Program-made: the position numbers and the translations under genes
Shown: in pieces, positions 53,904 to 55,002 of the stretch
Position numbering within the stretch: the stretch's first letter is position 1
How the letters are laid out: each line of letters starts with the position of its first letter
The notes under the pieces: generated by a model
The model's database searches: none
What the model was told of the DNA's origin: nothing
What the model saw: the letters and a program-made list of their open reading frames with translations, nothing else
IMG/VR virus record: IMGVR_UViG_3300021479_000008
Span: 1 to 55,002 of that record
Length of the DNA: 55,002 bases
Strand: one strand, 5' to 3'
Source of the DNA: a virus
Lineage: Duplodnaviria; Heunggongvirae; Uroviricota; Caudoviricetes

Positions 53904-54596
53904 ATTACCTTTCTCCTTTTCAGTGTCTTCACGTCCAAAGTACGCATCCTTCTGCCATTGTTCGTCGTACGGGTACATATTACAATCAACAAACGGTTTC
54001 AGCTGTTTGATGATGCCTTTAGGAACGGAAGTCTTTTCGTCTTCAGCTTCGATTTCACCATATCTCGTCTTAAGACGTTGACCACGACGCCGGATGCTGA
54101 AATTATACCCGGCTTTGTGATTGAGATAAGCCTTCCTGTCGTTGTTGATGACTGATAGAAGCTTATACCCAATGTTCTCCGTTCCGCTTCCCTGACTTAC
54201 TGTCCATAAAAAAGGACCGACTAGTTCTTCCAACTCCTTATCAAATACGGCCACGTTAACAGCTAACTTCAAAGCTGGAGCAAGTTTCTTTGCTTCTTTT
54301 GTCCTCCCTTCTTTTTCTAGTTTTGCACGCTTCTTGCACAACCAACACTTTCCAACTTCACCCGGTCTGTTACCACAACGTGCAAGTCGTTTGTTCGGTC
54401 CAATGTCTCTGTGTTCCTGATACTCCATGTAGATAAATGGAGAGTCTCTTTCTTTGTCGGCTGGCGTACGGAGCAGCCGGAGTATGTTACGTCCTTCCTG
54501 GAGTGTGAATTTACCTCCCATCTCCGCGCGCTTCATTTTCTGCCCAGCTTGCTTTTGTACTTCCGCTAACTCTTCGTCTTCTTCGTGATGTCCCAT
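53448..54596 (-). CDS. gp32-like single-stranded DNA-binding protein with very long Glu/Ser/Lys tail
   Basis: FTLQEGRNILRLL, H...C...CWLC Zn site, GYNFSIRRRGQRLKTRY; located in the replication block. Confidence 0.7.
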   Translation of the reverse strand: MGHHEEDEELAEVQKQAGQKMKRAEMGGKFTLQEGRNILRLLRTPADKERDSPFIYMEYQEHRDIGPNKRLARCGNRPGEVGKCWLCKKRAKLEKEGRTKEAKKLAPALKLAVNVAVFDKELEELVGPFLWTVSQGSGTENIGYKLLSVINNDRKAYLNHKAGYNFSIRRRGQRLKTRYGEIEAEDEKTSVPKGIIKQLKPFVDCNMYPYDEQWQKDAYFGREDTEKEKGNMGRKKKEDEEVEESSSEAEESSAEESEEESEAEESEEESESESESESDKKKKKKKKKGEESESESESESEEESEEESEEESESESESESDKKKKKKGKKSKEESESESESESESEEESEAEESEESEAEEKPKRKPRKKAAKKRKPRKPRK

Positions 54597-54604
54597 GTTT
54601 CTCC

Positions 54605-54838
54605 TTAATCAAACTCGCATTTAGTTATTTCAATCTGAACTCTATCGCACGTCAAACAATGACGTTTATGCTTTTTCCACTCACCTCCGGTATACCACCT
54701 TGGATCTTTTGTAAACATCTGAGCTAGTGGTGGTAGACCATATTGGACTGGACCTGATGCTATTACTTTCCACTTAGACCATGTATGTAAATGAAATATG
54801 CCCCACAATTTTCGTTCCTGAACTTGTACTACTTCCAT
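54605..54838 (-). CDS. Small Cys/His protein (DUF1660-like)
   Basis: GIFHLHTWSKW...CLTC; GGAGG RBS. Confidence 0.5.
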   Translation of the reverse strand: MEVVQVQERKLWGIFHLHTWSKWKVIASGPVQYGLPPLAQMFTKDPRWYTGGEWKKHKRHCLTCDRVQIEITKCEFD

Positions 54839-54848
54839 ACTACCTCCA

Positions 54849-55001
54849 CTAATTGTACGTTTTGAGAACTTCGTCGTCTATGCCACTGACCCTTTTCAAC
54901 GATGCTTCTCGTTCCTGAAACCAGAATGAAATACAACTACGCGCTGCACCACTTAACAATATTACACCTATGATGATAAGAAAAAGAAAGCCGACTAACA
55001 C
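54849..55001 (-). CDS. Membrane protein, 5'-truncated at window edge
   Basis: Hand translation VLVGFLFLIIIGVILLSGAA...LKTYN*. Confidence 0.5.
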   Translation of the reverse strand: MLVGFLFLIIIGVILLSGAARSCISFWFQEREASLKRVSGIDDEVLKTYN

Positions 55002-55002
55002 C

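Noticed and set aside
53470-54081. 203-aa plus-strand ORF (Ser/Asp/Phe-rich)
   Set aside because: Antisense shadow of the low-complexity SSB tail; no RBS and against the uniform gene orientation.

Overview
This window looks like a 55-kb segment of a large tailed dsDNA phage genome (Caudoviricetes-like), with about 85 tightly packed genes, all on the minus strand, often joined by ATGA/GTGA overlaps and preceded by AGGAG/GAGG ribosome-binding sites. From the left: 7-deazaguanine pathway genes (queE, queD) mixed with glycosyltransferases, one of which carries a LAGLIDADG intein; putative head-packaged multi-domain proteins sharing a GGPGSG(R) motif; a nucleotide-sugar/glycosylation cluster (gmd, C-methyltransferase, RGP-like protein, B12 radical SAM enzyme, GT2, GT9); membrane and possible lysis proteins; large signal-peptide-bearing fibre-like and glycoside-hydrolase-like proteins; small regulators (LuxR-type, two Fis-type, CspA); and a replication/recombination block (SbcD-SbcC fusion, DnaX-like ATPase, ACP, RecA, ThyX, gp32-like SSB). 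The most striking observation is a radical SAM intein whose endonuclease slot is dual-coding: the intein frame stays open while a complete Vsr-like homing endonuclease is encoded in the +1 frame. The second is a family of proteins sharing hydrophobic-x-Ala/GGPGSG junctions and an MNLQ N-terminus, suggesting a capsid-targeting and protease-processing system. I recognised no terminase, portal, major capsid protein, tRNA, rRNA or CRISPR array. All family assignments come from motif recognition by eye, not database searches.
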